Source: Selaginella moellendorffii
Lineage: Eukaryota > Plantae > Lycopodiophyta
Length of the DNA stretch: 64,000 bases
Direction of reading: 5' to 3'
Assembly (NCBI RefSeq): GCF_000143415.4
Contig: NW_003314304.1
Location: forward strand, 378,169 to 442,168
Part shown: positions 46,152-59,292 of the stretch, in pieces
Position numbering within the stretch: position 1 is the first letter of the stretch
Layout: the number at the start of each line of letters is the position of its first letter
Position numbers and translations under genes: made by a program
Notes under the pieces: model-generated
What the model saw: only the letters and a program-made list of their open reading frames with translations
Database searches by the model: none
What the model was told of the DNA's origin: nothing

Positions 46152-48729
46152 TCATAGGCTGATCTCCTTGTCCACGATAAATTTCGCTGGCCGTCCTTCG
46201 TTTCCTTGTTCTTCTTCTTCCTCTTGCTCCTCCTCGCCAGTACTCTCTTCCTCTTGTCTTCGAATAAAGACATAGACAGAATGCTCCACACTGTCCAGTC
46301 TGGCATAAATGTCACTCCGTGCAGCTCTCAAAAACATGTCCAGTCTCGAGTAGCCAAGCTTTCGATGATCGATGTCGCAGCTAAACTTGCTGTAGAACCT
46401 GGCCTTGATCATACTAATGGGAATTCCATCCGGGTGTTCCAGTAGCAACTCCTCGAGAAGCGGTGCGTAATCTCTCAACGCGCGTGGATTCACCTTAGCC
46501 ATCCTGGGAAACGTCCTGGTTCTTATCATGCACACTGTAGACTTCGGATAATATACGTGAACGATGTCTTGCATGACGCCCAAGAGGTCCTTGATCCTCA
46601 CACAGCCGAATATGTTGAGGTTGAGAGAGAGGCCAAACTGCTTCTTAAACTCTGCCTTGAGATGAGAGACGTCGAAGCTTCTCCGCTCCTGTTCCACATT
46701 TAAAAAGTAGACCATCCAAATCCTCAGCTCCTCGAGGCTGGGGTAGTGTCCCTTTATCGTTTCCCAAGGACACGGTTGATCACTTAATGCGGGAGCAGTG
46801 TCGTCCGAGTTTTGGATGTCATCTTCTTCCGTTTTAAGCTGCGAGGAAGGATCCTTTTCAAGCTCCCATGCCGAGGCATCAATCTCCTTTTCGGCTACGA
46901 GACGGCTGACGACCTCTGATACCCTGTCCTCTTCCCAGTTTCGAATGCATGGCGGTCCGGACTCGCAAAGCAAGCTTGTGAATTCCTTCCTGCGGTGTGA
47001 AAGCAAGTGTCAAAAGTCTTTCAAGCTGTCAAAAGATCAAAACGAAACTTACTGGCTTTGCGATTTGGATAAAAGAAAGGCACCTTCCTCAGTCTTAGAA
47101 AACTGTTTCACAATATCCCATGCGTTGTCTCCCTTGTCCTCTTTTGCTGCCGTTGTACGCCTCCAGAAGTGACTCCAGGAGCGCCTTGGAAATGATTGAT
47201 TTGATGCCTCATCGTCTGGCGGAGAAATAGAATGGCTGGGAAAGCTTTCCTTAATCTCCTCCTGTCCACCATCGACTTTTGCTCGACTCGCAGCCTTGGA
47301 TCCGAACAGAAACCTTCTCCACGTCCACTTTCCTTCGTGGGCGCTGGTGACAGCACCTGGCGAGCGACTTTGAGATGTGCTCACTGCGTTTCCATCCTTC
47401 ACAGTCACCGCATTTATCTGCCGCTGACACTGAGACGTCGAGCTCTCGGTGGTGGCTGCTACTTGCTTTGCGACTTGGACAACGACTTTGCTATCGCTTT
47501 GCCGAGCATCATGCGTGGAGCCCCCGGACGGTGCCTCACAGGACGACTGCTTTATAGACTCGGGCTGGTTGGTGCCGGAGTCGTTTTCAGTATTCGCCAG
47601 GGCTTTTTCCTTCGAACCACTCCTGTTCTCTGTTGCTGTGGAGCGCTCATCCTTCCTACCTGCCTTGGTCACACTCAAAAGCATCGATTCCGGAGGCTTT
47701 TGGCTGAGCGTCGAGGCCGCTTGCTGGAGCAGTGCGCAAATATCCTTGTGGAAGTCCTGTAAAGAATCCTGTTTCTCTAGTCTCCCTGGCAGAGAATCTT
47801 GAGCTGGACGTGGTGATGCTGGAATAGGTGGTGGCGGAGATGGAGTGTATGAAGATGGCGAACTTGGCAGCGATGGAGACAAAGGTGGCGGTGGTGTTGG
47901 CGGCGTAAATGATGGTGGAGGCGTTGGCGTTGGCGTTGGCGTTGGCGGCGTAAATGATGGTGGAGGAGACGATGGTGGCGGTGGCGGCGGCGAACTTATT
48001 TCCTGTAGAAACTCCTGCGAGGAGCGATGGACGCTGCTCACGATTGTCTGTGCTACTAGGCCTTCTCCTCTAGCGAGCTTACCCCACTGCCATACTACCG
48101 AAGCTGCGGCAAGGAGAGCCGGGGAGGCCGAGTGAGAGTTGCATGCCAGAAGAACGTTGTAGTTCTTCATCCGGAGGGAGTGTAATGCACTGGAGAGATC
48201 ACTGTCCGTGGAGATGACGAAGAGATGCGCTGGTGGCGGATGATCGACAGTCCACAGCACCAAATCCAGCATGAGAGTTCGATCTGAGGCCAAATTCTTG
48301 CGAGCTGGATAGAAAAAACAGGAATCACAACGATGGATCCACGAAAATCCAGCAAAGAGAAAAGATCGAGAACTTACACGATGGCAAATGGTGGAGAGAA
48401 ATCCCAGTGGAAGCCAACGCCTCCTGTGTGCTCCGCGAGAGCTGCCATGTATCACCATACGCGTCGATCGACACTGGACCCTTGAATCCCCTGGTTCGCA
48501 GCCCAGAGATGATATTATTGCTCACATTCGTCGCAGGAATCCCAGCTGGGATGTCGCAGTCCTCGAAATCCCACCACACCGCCACTCTCACCGCTCGCGG
48601 CCCCGCATCCCATCCACTGCCATACAAGCTCCTGGGATCATCCTCCGCCGGCGCCGGCGCGACGGACGCGCTCCACGATCGCCGCTGGATCCTGCTCGCC
48701 CTGAGAGATCCCCGGAGAATGCGAGACAT
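46152..48729 (-). CDS. NYN-domain endonuclease with two C-terminal LOTUS/OST-HTH domains (MNU1/2-, MARF1-like); exons ~48729-48378, 48304-47053, 46989-46152
   Basis: Arg/Ser-rich transit-like N-terminus. NYN motifs VAVWWDFEDCDIP, ISIDAYGD, ASDRTLMLDL and ISTDSDL. LOTUS-like LKAEFKKQFGLSLNLNIFG and IKARFYSKFSCDIDHRKLGYSRL. Confidence 0.82.
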
Positions 48730-48771
48730 AATCTAAAAACCCTAAACCCCAAACCCTCGGAAGCTTTACAA

Positions 48772-49330
48772 CTTTGCCGGATGATTTACTGTTTGATAGG
48801 ATGGAAAGAGATCATGGTTCAAGCAATCCAGTCTATGATCGTTGCATGCCCAGTGCTGGGATCTTGATGGAGCTCGAAAGTTCTTTGAGAGGATGGCGCG
48901 GAGAGATTCAGTGTCATGGGCAACACCTATCAACTCTTTTGTGCAACATGGCTGCACTAATCTAGCAAGAGACACATATGAAAGAATGCCACAGCACGAC
49001 GTAGCAAACGCCCTGTGCAGTGAAGTCGACCAGTTACACAATCTCTTGATTCAATGCCTCAAAGAAACCTTGTCTCGTGGACAGTTTTCTAGCAAGACTT
49101 TGCAATCAAGATGATCTTGCAAAAACTAAAAGAGTGTTTGATCTGATAGCCCAGAGAGACAGTGTTCCGTGGAATATTATGATCACCGCATATGCCGAAC
49201 TAGGGCATGTATACGAAGCAAAGTGCTTGTTTGACACTGTAGAAGTTCCAAAGTTATTATGTGAAATCAGAGAGTTGGGCAAAATGGACACTTGGCAGCA
49301 TTGTTTAGATGCTGTAGCATAGTATTTGAT
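48772..49330 (+). pseudogene. Frameshifted PLS-class PPR fragment
   Basis: ARKFFERMARRDSVSW, ARDTYERMPQHDV and KRVFDLIAQRDSVPWNIMITAYAELGH are spread over different frames with stops. Confidence 0.75.
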
Positions 49331-52099
49331 CAGTGTTGTGGAGCCTTCTTCCAGATGTTTCTAATTGGGGATGCTTCTTGAGTGCATGTAAGATCCACGC
49401 AGCTGGAGTGAGAGGAGTGTTTGGTGCTGCTAGTTAATGTTCTTTTATCACTATTTTCATTATTTATTAGGATTTAATGAAATTTTCACCCTATAAATTT
49501 GGAAAGTTCACAAAGGTTTTCCTATAATATTTCCTTAAGAATAGAGCACAAGCTATTCATCTCTTCCTTGAATTTATCTTTACTCACTTAGTATATATTA
49601 TGTTGATATGGAAATCTATGCCATCAACTTAATTCACTGCATCTGAAAGTAACAAATGATTTCGGAAGTCAGTAATTGTTAGGTGTTTGTGAAGCCAACC
49701 TTTCCCAATCGAGCCTTTCATTACACTGAACATTTTCCTCTGATATGTTTGATGTTTGACAATTGTTATCTGTTCAAACCTTGATTTTGTAGCATTGATT
49801 CTTCAAAGGTAATGTAAAAGGTATTACATATATGTTATTTTATCCTTTTTAATTTTCTTGAGCGAGATTGGTCTATCCCAAAGATTATTTTACTCTTACT
49901 ACCAATGTGCTTATTTTCATTAAGTTTAATATTGAGCTTTTCCATTAGTTTTTGCATTACAACCACAATCACAATGCTAAAAAATCTCAATCTTTCTTTC
50001 AAACCCAGCTATTGCTATAAAACCCTAATAACTTTTTATAATTTATAAGGTTAAACCCTTTTATATTGATCATATTATATATACAGCTATACTAGTTATA
50101 ATAGTATAGCATATAGATTTGGGATTGAATCTAAGTAGGAGGTTAAACCCTAATTAATATACTATATTGGTGGAGGTAAGAAGCATTAAATTGTTTTCAA
50201 AAGGTAAAAATTTGTTACTAGTACTTTGCTCTAGTGTTCAAGATCATGGTTTTATTTGTTTCTCAATAGATTTAGAATTTTTTGTGTAGATCTCTTTTGT
50301 TTGATCTTCATTATATTTCATTCTTTCACAATAGCATATTATTGTCAATCAAAGAGTAATTTGATCAAGATTGCAAATGCTACTCTATTGTTCTCATTAG
50401 GCAATGTTGTTCCTACTGTATCTTCCAACAACCAGACTAGCTCTCCAATTAATATCATGATTAAACTCTATATTAGCAAGAGATGGTAAAACATTGAAAA
50501 CAGAAGAAGTTATATAATCACATCCCATGGAAGCTGAAGTAATACATTGATTGGAGCAACATTAGCATAATCATGCTTCACAACACCAAAAGTTAAATTA
50601 ACATCTGATATATTCAAAGATTGAATTTATGAGAAAATAATGTTTATAACTTCGAATGGATTCCTAATTGTGATAAAGAGTTCGAGGATAATTTTGGAGA
50701 TAAATTGAAGATTTTATTGTGTAAGTGTCAATTCTTCAATCTTTTGTTCTCTTTACCTTTATTCATTTTTAGTTATTTCTTATTTTTCAGCTTAAACTAC
50801 CTTCTTCATCTGTAGTATTTCATATTTTTAGTTTTTCTTCTTCATCTGTAGTATTTTTTTCTCTTAGTATATTAATTACTTTTGACTATTGTGATTCTCA
50901 TTCTTAATTTAGTTTTGAGTTAAGTGTTCTTTCTCCTCCTCAAATTGATTTGGATGTTGAGAGTGAGAATTTTACTTTTATCTTATTGATGAAGTTTTTA
51001 ATCAATTTAGATGTTGAGTATTACCTCACTAACAATTAATTACCCAATAATATTTACTCTCAAGTACAATCACTAAGAAAATGCCCAAGCTAGTTAATTA
51101 AATAATAAAGTTTGCAATATTGGTACTTTGAGTCAAGGATGATAACAACCTCAAAATCCTACTCATTAGCAATAACCTCTGAAGGAGGTGATAGTGGATC
51201 AAAATGGGCATAATAAAGTTTCAATAAAAATATATGGAGATATAAATTTATAAATGGAGGGAGATTAAACTAATAAATGAGCTCAAAGGTATAACAAAGC
51301 ATAAAGAAAGGACCAAAATATTGATGTAAGCTCATAAATTTAAACTTCTTAAAATGTCATCCAACCCAATACTACTCAAACTAAAAACACTTTAACACCA
51401 AATATCTCAAAATATTTAACTGATTAGAAAATAAAATTACACTTTATTCATAGACCCTTCTCTTTATATTGAAATTCTAACAGATCATCTCTTAAATTGT
51501 TTTTTATTGCTTATAATTGATAATCCAATTTATTGAAAAGGTGTGTGGCCTTTCAATGATAACAAAGAAGTTAAATCTTTAATCCAACTAAAAACTAAAG
51601 TTAAATTGGTGAAAATAATTACTAGAATGATAATAAACAACTTGAGCATGAGAAAGGTGATACTGAACCAATATTTACACTATGTTCAATAGTGTAGATA
51701 TTGAACATACTATTCAAGATTATGAATAGTATACTTCGATTACTTATCAGGTGAGAAGTTCATAACTGACTTTTGACATAGAAAAAAGAAAGAAACTAAG
51801 CATACAAAGATAAAAATAAATTGAAACCCTCAATCACTAATAATATTATCATCTAACAATCTATGATGATATTAAACCTTATAAGTAAAAATCATTTTTT
51901 GACATAGAAAAAAAAATTATTTTGGAAAACTTGTTGACTTACTATGAAATCCTCAAGAAAGTGGAACATTAATGAAGAAAACTATATATTTAAATTGCCA
52001 AGCTCTTGCAGCAAGAGGAATGGGCTAGTGAAAACTAGATGAAGGATATTTATGTATCTTGGTCTGTTTGCATGATGGATAAAGATTTTAATATACTAT

Positions 52100-53500
52100 A
52101 AATAAACTTGAAAATTTATCTATAAAGGTTTAAATATAAAAGGAAAAATGCCCATAAATAAGAATGCACTTCTTTTTCAATTAGTTAAGGGTCTTAGATA
52201 TTTAGGGTTAATTATCCTTGGGTTTTGAGTACCTATGCTGAGTGAGGTCTTAAAAAGTTTACAGTAAGTCAAAGGTCAAAGTCACTCTGACTTTGAAGAG
52301 TAAAAAATATATTTGAACCCCAATCATCTCTTAAATCATTTCTGTCAAAGGGAAAAGAATAATAATGCACTTTATTTTTCAATTGATTAAGGTTTTTAAG
52401 ATAGGGTTAAGTGTCCTTAAGTTTGAGTATTACTAAGTTAAGTGACCTCTTGGGAAGTTCAAATTAAAAAATTTATACATACTTATCCACATAAAGCCAC
52501 CAAAACTACTATTAAACTAATGTGCCCTATTGCTAGGTTGTTTTAGCACACTTAGACAATACCCAACTTTATCTCACCATTAGATATATAGTTTAGTCTA
52601 TCAATGAAGAAGTTTGTTTTAGAAATGAAAAAATTAATAATCATCATAATGAGCTAGAGAAGTATTAAAATAAATTGATTGTTAAGATTTCTGAATAGAT
52701 GGATCAATGGCTTGAGTTACTTCAATCTGTTACTTGATGCAGTAATAAAGAGGAGCAGATAATTATACAAGAGAATTAATTTGGAAGTGAGACTAAGATC
52801 CCATTAACTTTTCCTAACTAATGTGCAATCATAAATTAAAAATAGGATAGTGACTATGACTATCAAACTTGATACCGATACCAAGGACTAATAATGAAGG
52901 TTTTGTGATCACTATATGTAAAGATCACATGGAAAGAAGCCTTCGGGCAAAAGTAACTCTTTATTGAAGTTGTCATAATAATTTTTTATAAATTTATACT
53001 TTTGAGAGAGTGGAGAGCAATTGGGTGAAGCTTGTTATTTAGTCCTTTTTATGACAAGATAGTGTTTAAAGCAAAATCTAAAGCATTTACTTTAACAAGA
53101 ATGGCTTTATATTATTTGGATGGTGTAAGTTGTTGAATTTAGTTAAGATGTTTAACCCTAACATGTGCTATAATTGCAAAGAGTCAGACCTAAGAGTTTA
53201 GAACTTGGAGTTAAGAGTTCTTGGGTTTATATTAGGCTGGGTATAAAAATTTACACTTGATTCAAACTTCTTGAGAAGTCACTTAGCACATTGCTACTTT
53301 TGCCCATGAATATTTAACCCTAAATATCCCAAAACCTTTAATTGATTGAAATTCATTTTTATTCATGGGCCTTTTTTATATTTAAACTTTATGGATTGTT
53401 TCTCAAATTGTTCTTTTTGGTTATCCCAAAACCCTTATTTGAGTAAAAAAGAAGGTGCACTCTTATATATAAACCTTTTCTTTTTATATAAAACTCTATT
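52100..53500. repeat. Long imperfect inverted and direct repeats in an AT-rich insert (possible foldback/Mutator-like relic)
   Basis: 52100-52470 contains two related direct copies, and ~53250-53480 resembles their reverse complement. Confidence 0.4.
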
Positions 53501-54194
53501 GAACTCTATTATTGTCTATTGAGTCATTCTTTACAGATGGATAAGAACTAAGATAGAATTGAATGTAAAGTTTAGGAGAGCAAAAGAAGTTTATATAGCA
53601 AAAGGCTATACAAAATAAGCATTTTTTATAGTGAGTCATGTCATGAAAAGGGGGATTTTGGAAAAACCCCAAATGAACACTGATAATTCACAATATTATA
53701 AATAAAGGTTGAGCATTACCACTTAAGAATGATAGAAATCTTGAAAGAATCCATAATGATGCTATATGAAAAAATAATATAGCCTAAAAACTCCACTAAA
53801 TCTTGATTAAAAGAATGTTTTTCCAACTTTGCAAAAAGGTAGCATTATTGAAGGTATTGGAAAATAATACAAATATAATAGTCATATTTTTCTTGAGTAT
53901 TAGAGAAGATAACAATATCATCAAGATAGACGCCAATGGAAAAATAAAGAAAATTATCATTCTTTATAAATTATAACTATAAGGATTAATCTACTGGTTA
54001 AAATAATCATTATTGTGTTAGATTGGACTGATTTATGCAAACCATTTTGGCATTCAACTTGCATTGAGGAGGCAAGGCAATGGCCTTACAATGACACTTC
54101 CATGCTTGGACTGCTCTTTTTTTTATCATAGTCATCTCTCCAAAGGATTAAGTGCAATGTGTGGAGTTTTTCCCATGGATCAAAACAAAGTGAA

Positions 54195-55166
54195 TGCAGC
54201 GATGTTGATTCTGCTCAGGAAGCGTTTGACGAGTGCCGAGCTCAGGACAACACGGGTCTCTGGAACTCTCTCATACAGGCTTACACTCTCCAGGGCCGAT
54301 CGATCGAGGCCTTGGAGCGTTTCTATTCCATGACTCAGGAGGAGGGCTGTAAAGCTGACGATGTGAGTTTTGTCTCGGTGTTGAACGCTTGCAGCCATGG
54401 TGGTCTAGTCGGGAAAGGAAGGCAGCTTCTGGATGAAATGCCCAAGCAGTATGGAGTCAAGCCACGTCTGGAGCATTATGTGTGCCTGATCGATATGCTC
54501 GGGCGAGCTAACCTCCTCGACGAAGCTGTGAGAGTTCTCAGAGCCATGCCTTTTGAACCGGATGCAGTGGTTTGGACGTCCCTGCTCGGAGCCTGCCGGA
54601 AGTGGAAGAATTACACGATCGCGTTTGAGCGTCTTGTGGAGATGGATCCCAAGAGCGGCACGCCCTACGCATTGATGGCCAATATATTTGGAAACCTGGG
54701 GATGTTCAGTGAAAGGGCCGCTGTTGTGGAGAGAATGAGAGGTGAAGGCAGCTTCAGGGAGCCCGGGAGAAGCTGGTGGACGGACGTTAGCTCGGGAAAA
54801 GTGCATTCTTTTTCTGTCGGGGATAGGAGTCACTCACAGAGCGACGAGATTGCGGCCAAGCTCAAGCAATTGTTGCTGAGAATGAAAGAGGAGGGGTACG
54901 CGAGCGATGTGATCAACGTTCTAAAAGACATACCCGAGGAAGAGAAAGAGGATCACCTGTGCGGCCACAGTGAGAAGCTTGTGCTGGGGTGTGCTCTGGT
55001 GAACTCGCACCAGAAGGAGACCATCAGAATTGTGAAAAATCTCCGAGTTTGCCACGCGGCCACTGCTCTCATCTCTAAGCTGGAAAAAAGGCTAATCATC
55101 TCCAAAGATGCCAGTCGGGTTCATGTGTTCCAGGATGGCATATGTTCCTGTGACAACTACTTTTGA
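54195..55166 (+). pseudogene. 5'-truncated PLS-E-DYW PPR protein with defective CxxC
   Basis: PPR motifs, HYVCLIDMLGRA, E domain, PG box (EPGRSW) and HSEKL are present. KNLRVCH replaces KNLRVCxDCH and the ORF ends CSCDNYF. The ORF start at 54159 is GTG, not ATG. Confidence 0.7.
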
Positions 55167-56569
55167 AAACATGTCAGTGCTCTTTCTTGCAGTTATCCCT
55201 GGTTTTAAACCTCCGTGAGTCAAGCAGAAACATGGGCCGCTGAGTGAGCATGCCTCGTCAAAGTACTGCCGTCAACCTGAACTTCACGGAGAAAAAATTA
55301 ACATTTAAAAGTTAAAACTATGCATCTCAATTTAAATTTCTTTTTGGTAGCAAACCTGCCAACAGGTGCCCCAAAACGGAGTGCCCAGATTCAGATAATA
55401 AGCCTTAGTATGAAGACTTGCCGGTACCCAGACTCTTTGCTGATAGCAAGTACCGCCTCATGTTCCGGGAGCAAGGTGATAGCATGACCAACTTTGGGTT
55501 TGTGCTCCTAGAGCACGTTGAAGACGTGTGGAAGCTGGTGACGATGGCATTTGTTTCTTGCGACGTACTCACCAGTTCCTCGGCGACGTCTTCCTTCCAG
55601 ATTTTTTGAGCTTGTCGTGAGTGGTGACCTGCCTGCTCTCTCCTGTGACGACTTCTTCCAGCCTCTGGTGCCCAACCTCAAGGCTCTCTTGTGGATGGAG
55701 CTAGCCCTACACAGTGTGTGTGTGTGTGTATTAACCAGCAGATGCACAAATCGTTGAGAATTAGAAACAAGTGTGTATCATAGGCTTAGTACGTAGTGTA
55801 CTAGTGTACGTGTACATGTGTTTCAGCTAAATATAATGGCCAAATACACCGAAGAAGTGTGTATAAGAAGAGTAGAAACAAATTAAGAAATGTAAATTAA
55901 GAAGTGCAAAAGAAATGAAAATAAAAATTGTCCATCCTCATCAGTTTGCTGAAATTAAGTTGGATTCAATTCTTCCAGCTCCAAATATTGTGTGATTGAG
56001 TTGTAAGTTAATTAATAGTAGAAAATAAGAAAAAAAAACAAACATTGAAAAAATAGTGTTTGATAATATCTTCTTTGCTTTTAGGGGTAAAGATATCTTG
56101 GCCGTTCATTGGTGGTTAATTAAACGAGCATGTTTAGAGATGTTTATAAGAGTTTAGCTCTGGACCAAGAGTTATGCAACAGCGTTTGGTTTGCTTTGAT
56201 ATTGTCAATTTTTACATAGTACTTCTTGTTTATCTCTCAAAGAGTTCAACTAATGTTTTTTTATCAATTTTATTCTTCCTATAGCAAGCTTAAAGCAAAT
56301 AGTGAAGAATATAAGCTCTTGCAATACTAAAATCTTGCAAACTTTCCTTTAAGAACATTATTACTAGTCAAAAAGTTCACTTTTTTTTAGTAGTCTGATG
56401 TGTTTGTCTTTATAGCATGTCCATAAATAAAAAACAAGGAGCTTTTTGCTCCTCATAGTAGAGTATCATAGTGATAGAAGAAGTTTGAGCTCTTCTCCAT
56501 GCAATGGGCAACAATATAATCAAGTGGCTGTAGTGATTGATACAAAAGTTCTCCTGGATCTTGCTTGTT

Positions 56570-59070
56570 AGGCTGGCGTGGCTAAGACACTGATAAAGGT
56601 AAGTTCTGCAAGGTTTTGCTGGATTATCCTTACTGGGGTTACAGTTAGATCATGGGTGATCAGGAGCTCACAGTTTTGCACAAGATTTGATCAAACATGT
56701 TTCTTGCTTGAGCTAGGATCCTTGATCTGCCATGGGTGGTCATCAATGCATTCACAAAAGGTGCCGGAATGAAATCCAACAGCTTAAGCACTTTCAAAAG
56801 ACACCCATTCTAGGCATTTGCAGTGATCATTGCATTCCAAGAGACCAAGGCCCTCTTGCTCAAAACTTCCTGCTATGCTCATGATCACATTTCCAAGATT
56901 GAGCTCCATGTTTCTAGAATTCTTCTGTGAATCGTCACTTCTTTCTCATACTGCACAGGTCACAAATCACCCAAGAAATCACCTCATGGAGGCTGCAACA
57001 CTCAATAGTTCTAGGACTGGCAGACAAGCCCTGTCCCATGGACAGCCACTGCTCCTTACGTGGGAATGTGCACATTACAGAGGTTCGTTTCTGTTTTCCA
57101 GTCTGTCTTTTAACTCCTCAAATGTCTTGATCATTATGAAGAAGGGAACCCATTGAGAAAATACAGTGTTGGGCAGACTGTTCGAGAAAATCCTTTCATA
57201 ACGCAAAACCAGCAGAAAGCACAGAAATGCTGCCACTTTGGATTTATCTCTACGTCCATCTGAGCTTGCAGGTCTGTATGGTGGCCCTTTGAATTAGCTT
57301 ACTTATCATGACTTGCAGGAAACGATGCTGCATGCTCAGTGATTACTTTCGAGACCGTAACCATTGAACAGTCGGTTATCAGATACGTTCAAGAAGTAAA
57401 GGACAACTGGGCATGGCTAGTCCTCTCACCCCATCTTAAAGGCTGCCTTTTTATACTGGACACGTCTGACGATCCCTCGGAGCTTGAACGTTTTAAAGAG
57501 CGCTTCAAAGTCGGTGACCCGTTCCAGTGCTATATAAGAAGTGTTAACCACGAAAGGAAGCAAGTGGATTTGTCTCTACACCCGAAAACAAGTGACGAAC
57601 AATTCAAGAAAAACGACCTGTTAGGCCGACGAATCACACGAGTTTTTGCTGGTGTTGGCGGACATACTGTGCAAGGCAGATGGGAAAGTCTCGGAAAAGT
57701 TCATGTAACGATACATGGATTGATGACCCAGCCAGTTTATTTACAGAGGGACAGTTCGTAAGGTGCAGGGTCTTGGATTTAAAACGACCAGGGAGGGGAA
57801 AGATGGGCTTGGAACTTTCAGTAAGTTGGTGGACGTGGTGGTTTTGAGTCCCTTCCGAGCTATCAAACACTACTTTCGAGATTTGCATTAAATGTTTTTG
57901 ACTCTGCATCCAATGCTCGTATTGTCAATTCCGTGTTGGAACTTAAGCAAGATATGAAGTGCAAGTAAGCAGAAACCTTGCATGCTGTGGACGTGACTTG
58001 TTTTTGTGTGCAGGGTTTTGTCAAGAATGTGACGGAGAAAGGTTGTTTTGTGGTCCTGTCACCTTCACTTGAAGCTAGAATTCAACTGAAGAACCTATCG
58101 AACTCGTTTGTACAAAACCCTGCAGAAATGTTTCCACCAGGCAAGGTGATATCGGGAAGGTATGAACTTTTCTCCGTATGGAAGTGTTTGCTGATATCTT
58201 CTTCTTCGTCAGAATTTTAAGCATCGAGCCATTGTCTGGGCACATTGAAATGTCTTTGACGGCAACAACATCACAAGATTCAAGTGGCTGGAAGAAGTTT
58301 GGTGCTGGAGAGATCGTTAGTGGCCGCATACACAACATTGAAGCATTTGGGATCTTCATCAGCCTTCCCGAGAGCCATGTGGTAAGCTCTCTCTCTATCT
58401 TGGTTTCAAGTTCTTAGTCTGTGCTCCAGGTTGCTTGTGTCATGTCTCTGAAGTGTCTTACGATTTTATTCAAGACTTGTCAACACTTTACAAAGTCGGC
58501 CAATGGGTTCAAGTAAAGATTCTAAAGGTGAGAACGAAAGCTTTAGTAAAACCACAGGGTTATGATTTCCCTCTACAGGTTGATGCGGAAAATCTCTTGG
58601 AATGAAAGCGTCATATCTGACCCCTGAGGATGGCATCGAGCCGATGGAGGAAGAAGCTATAAATGAAGAGCCTTCGAGCACAAATGTGCTCATGGATAAT
58701 GATGAGAGGGAGGAGGAGGACTACTTGGATCTGGCATCAAAACGATTCCCACAGCTATGCATGTCGATCCACTCTCAACAAAGACGTTGAGGATACAGTG
58801 CCAATTGACTTGAAAGAGCAGAGTTACTTCTTGTTTATATTCACTCTTCTCATGTCCTGCTTCTCAACAGGGAGGCTGCAGCAAAAGAGAAGTTATTACA
58901 GAAGGACCAGCCTCCAGAGACCAAGGACGACTTTTTGATTCTATTTTTCTTTAGGTGTTATAATGCAAGCTCTTTTTTATAGGGCATTGGAGAAGATAAG
59001 AAGAAATGGAAAAGATGAACATATGGATGGCTTATATCAACCTAGAGAATTCTCTTTTAGCATTTGAAGA
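56570..59070 (+). pseudogene. RRP5: RRP5 (rRNA biogenesis, S1 repeats plus start of HAT region) partial pseudogene retaining introns
   Basis: S1 repeats VQGFVKNVTEKGCFVVLS...FPPGKVISGRILSIEP...IEMSL and GEIVSGRIHNIEAFGIFISL...LCHVSEVS...YKVGQWVQVKILK, then SLGMKASY and QPPETKDDF. Frameshifts and missing segments are present. Confidence 0.75.
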
Positions 59071-59292
59071 GCAAATGGCAATCTCTTTCATAACATGCAA
59101 TATAGAATTAATGGAGGATGAGTAGTTTATGTTTGTTTTTGCTGGAGTCGTAAATAGTATAAATGTGATGATCTTGGTTGACTTTGGCTTAGAAATTTCC
59201 TCAATTCAGTGTTTAATTGTTTGAAGTTTCATTGTACTTGACCTTTATGACTTGCGTTTACTAATCATAAGTCATCAGTATAGATATTACGT

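Noticed and set aside
55330-55740. GC-rich gene-like patch
   Set aside because: No recognisable protein family in any frame; left unannotated.
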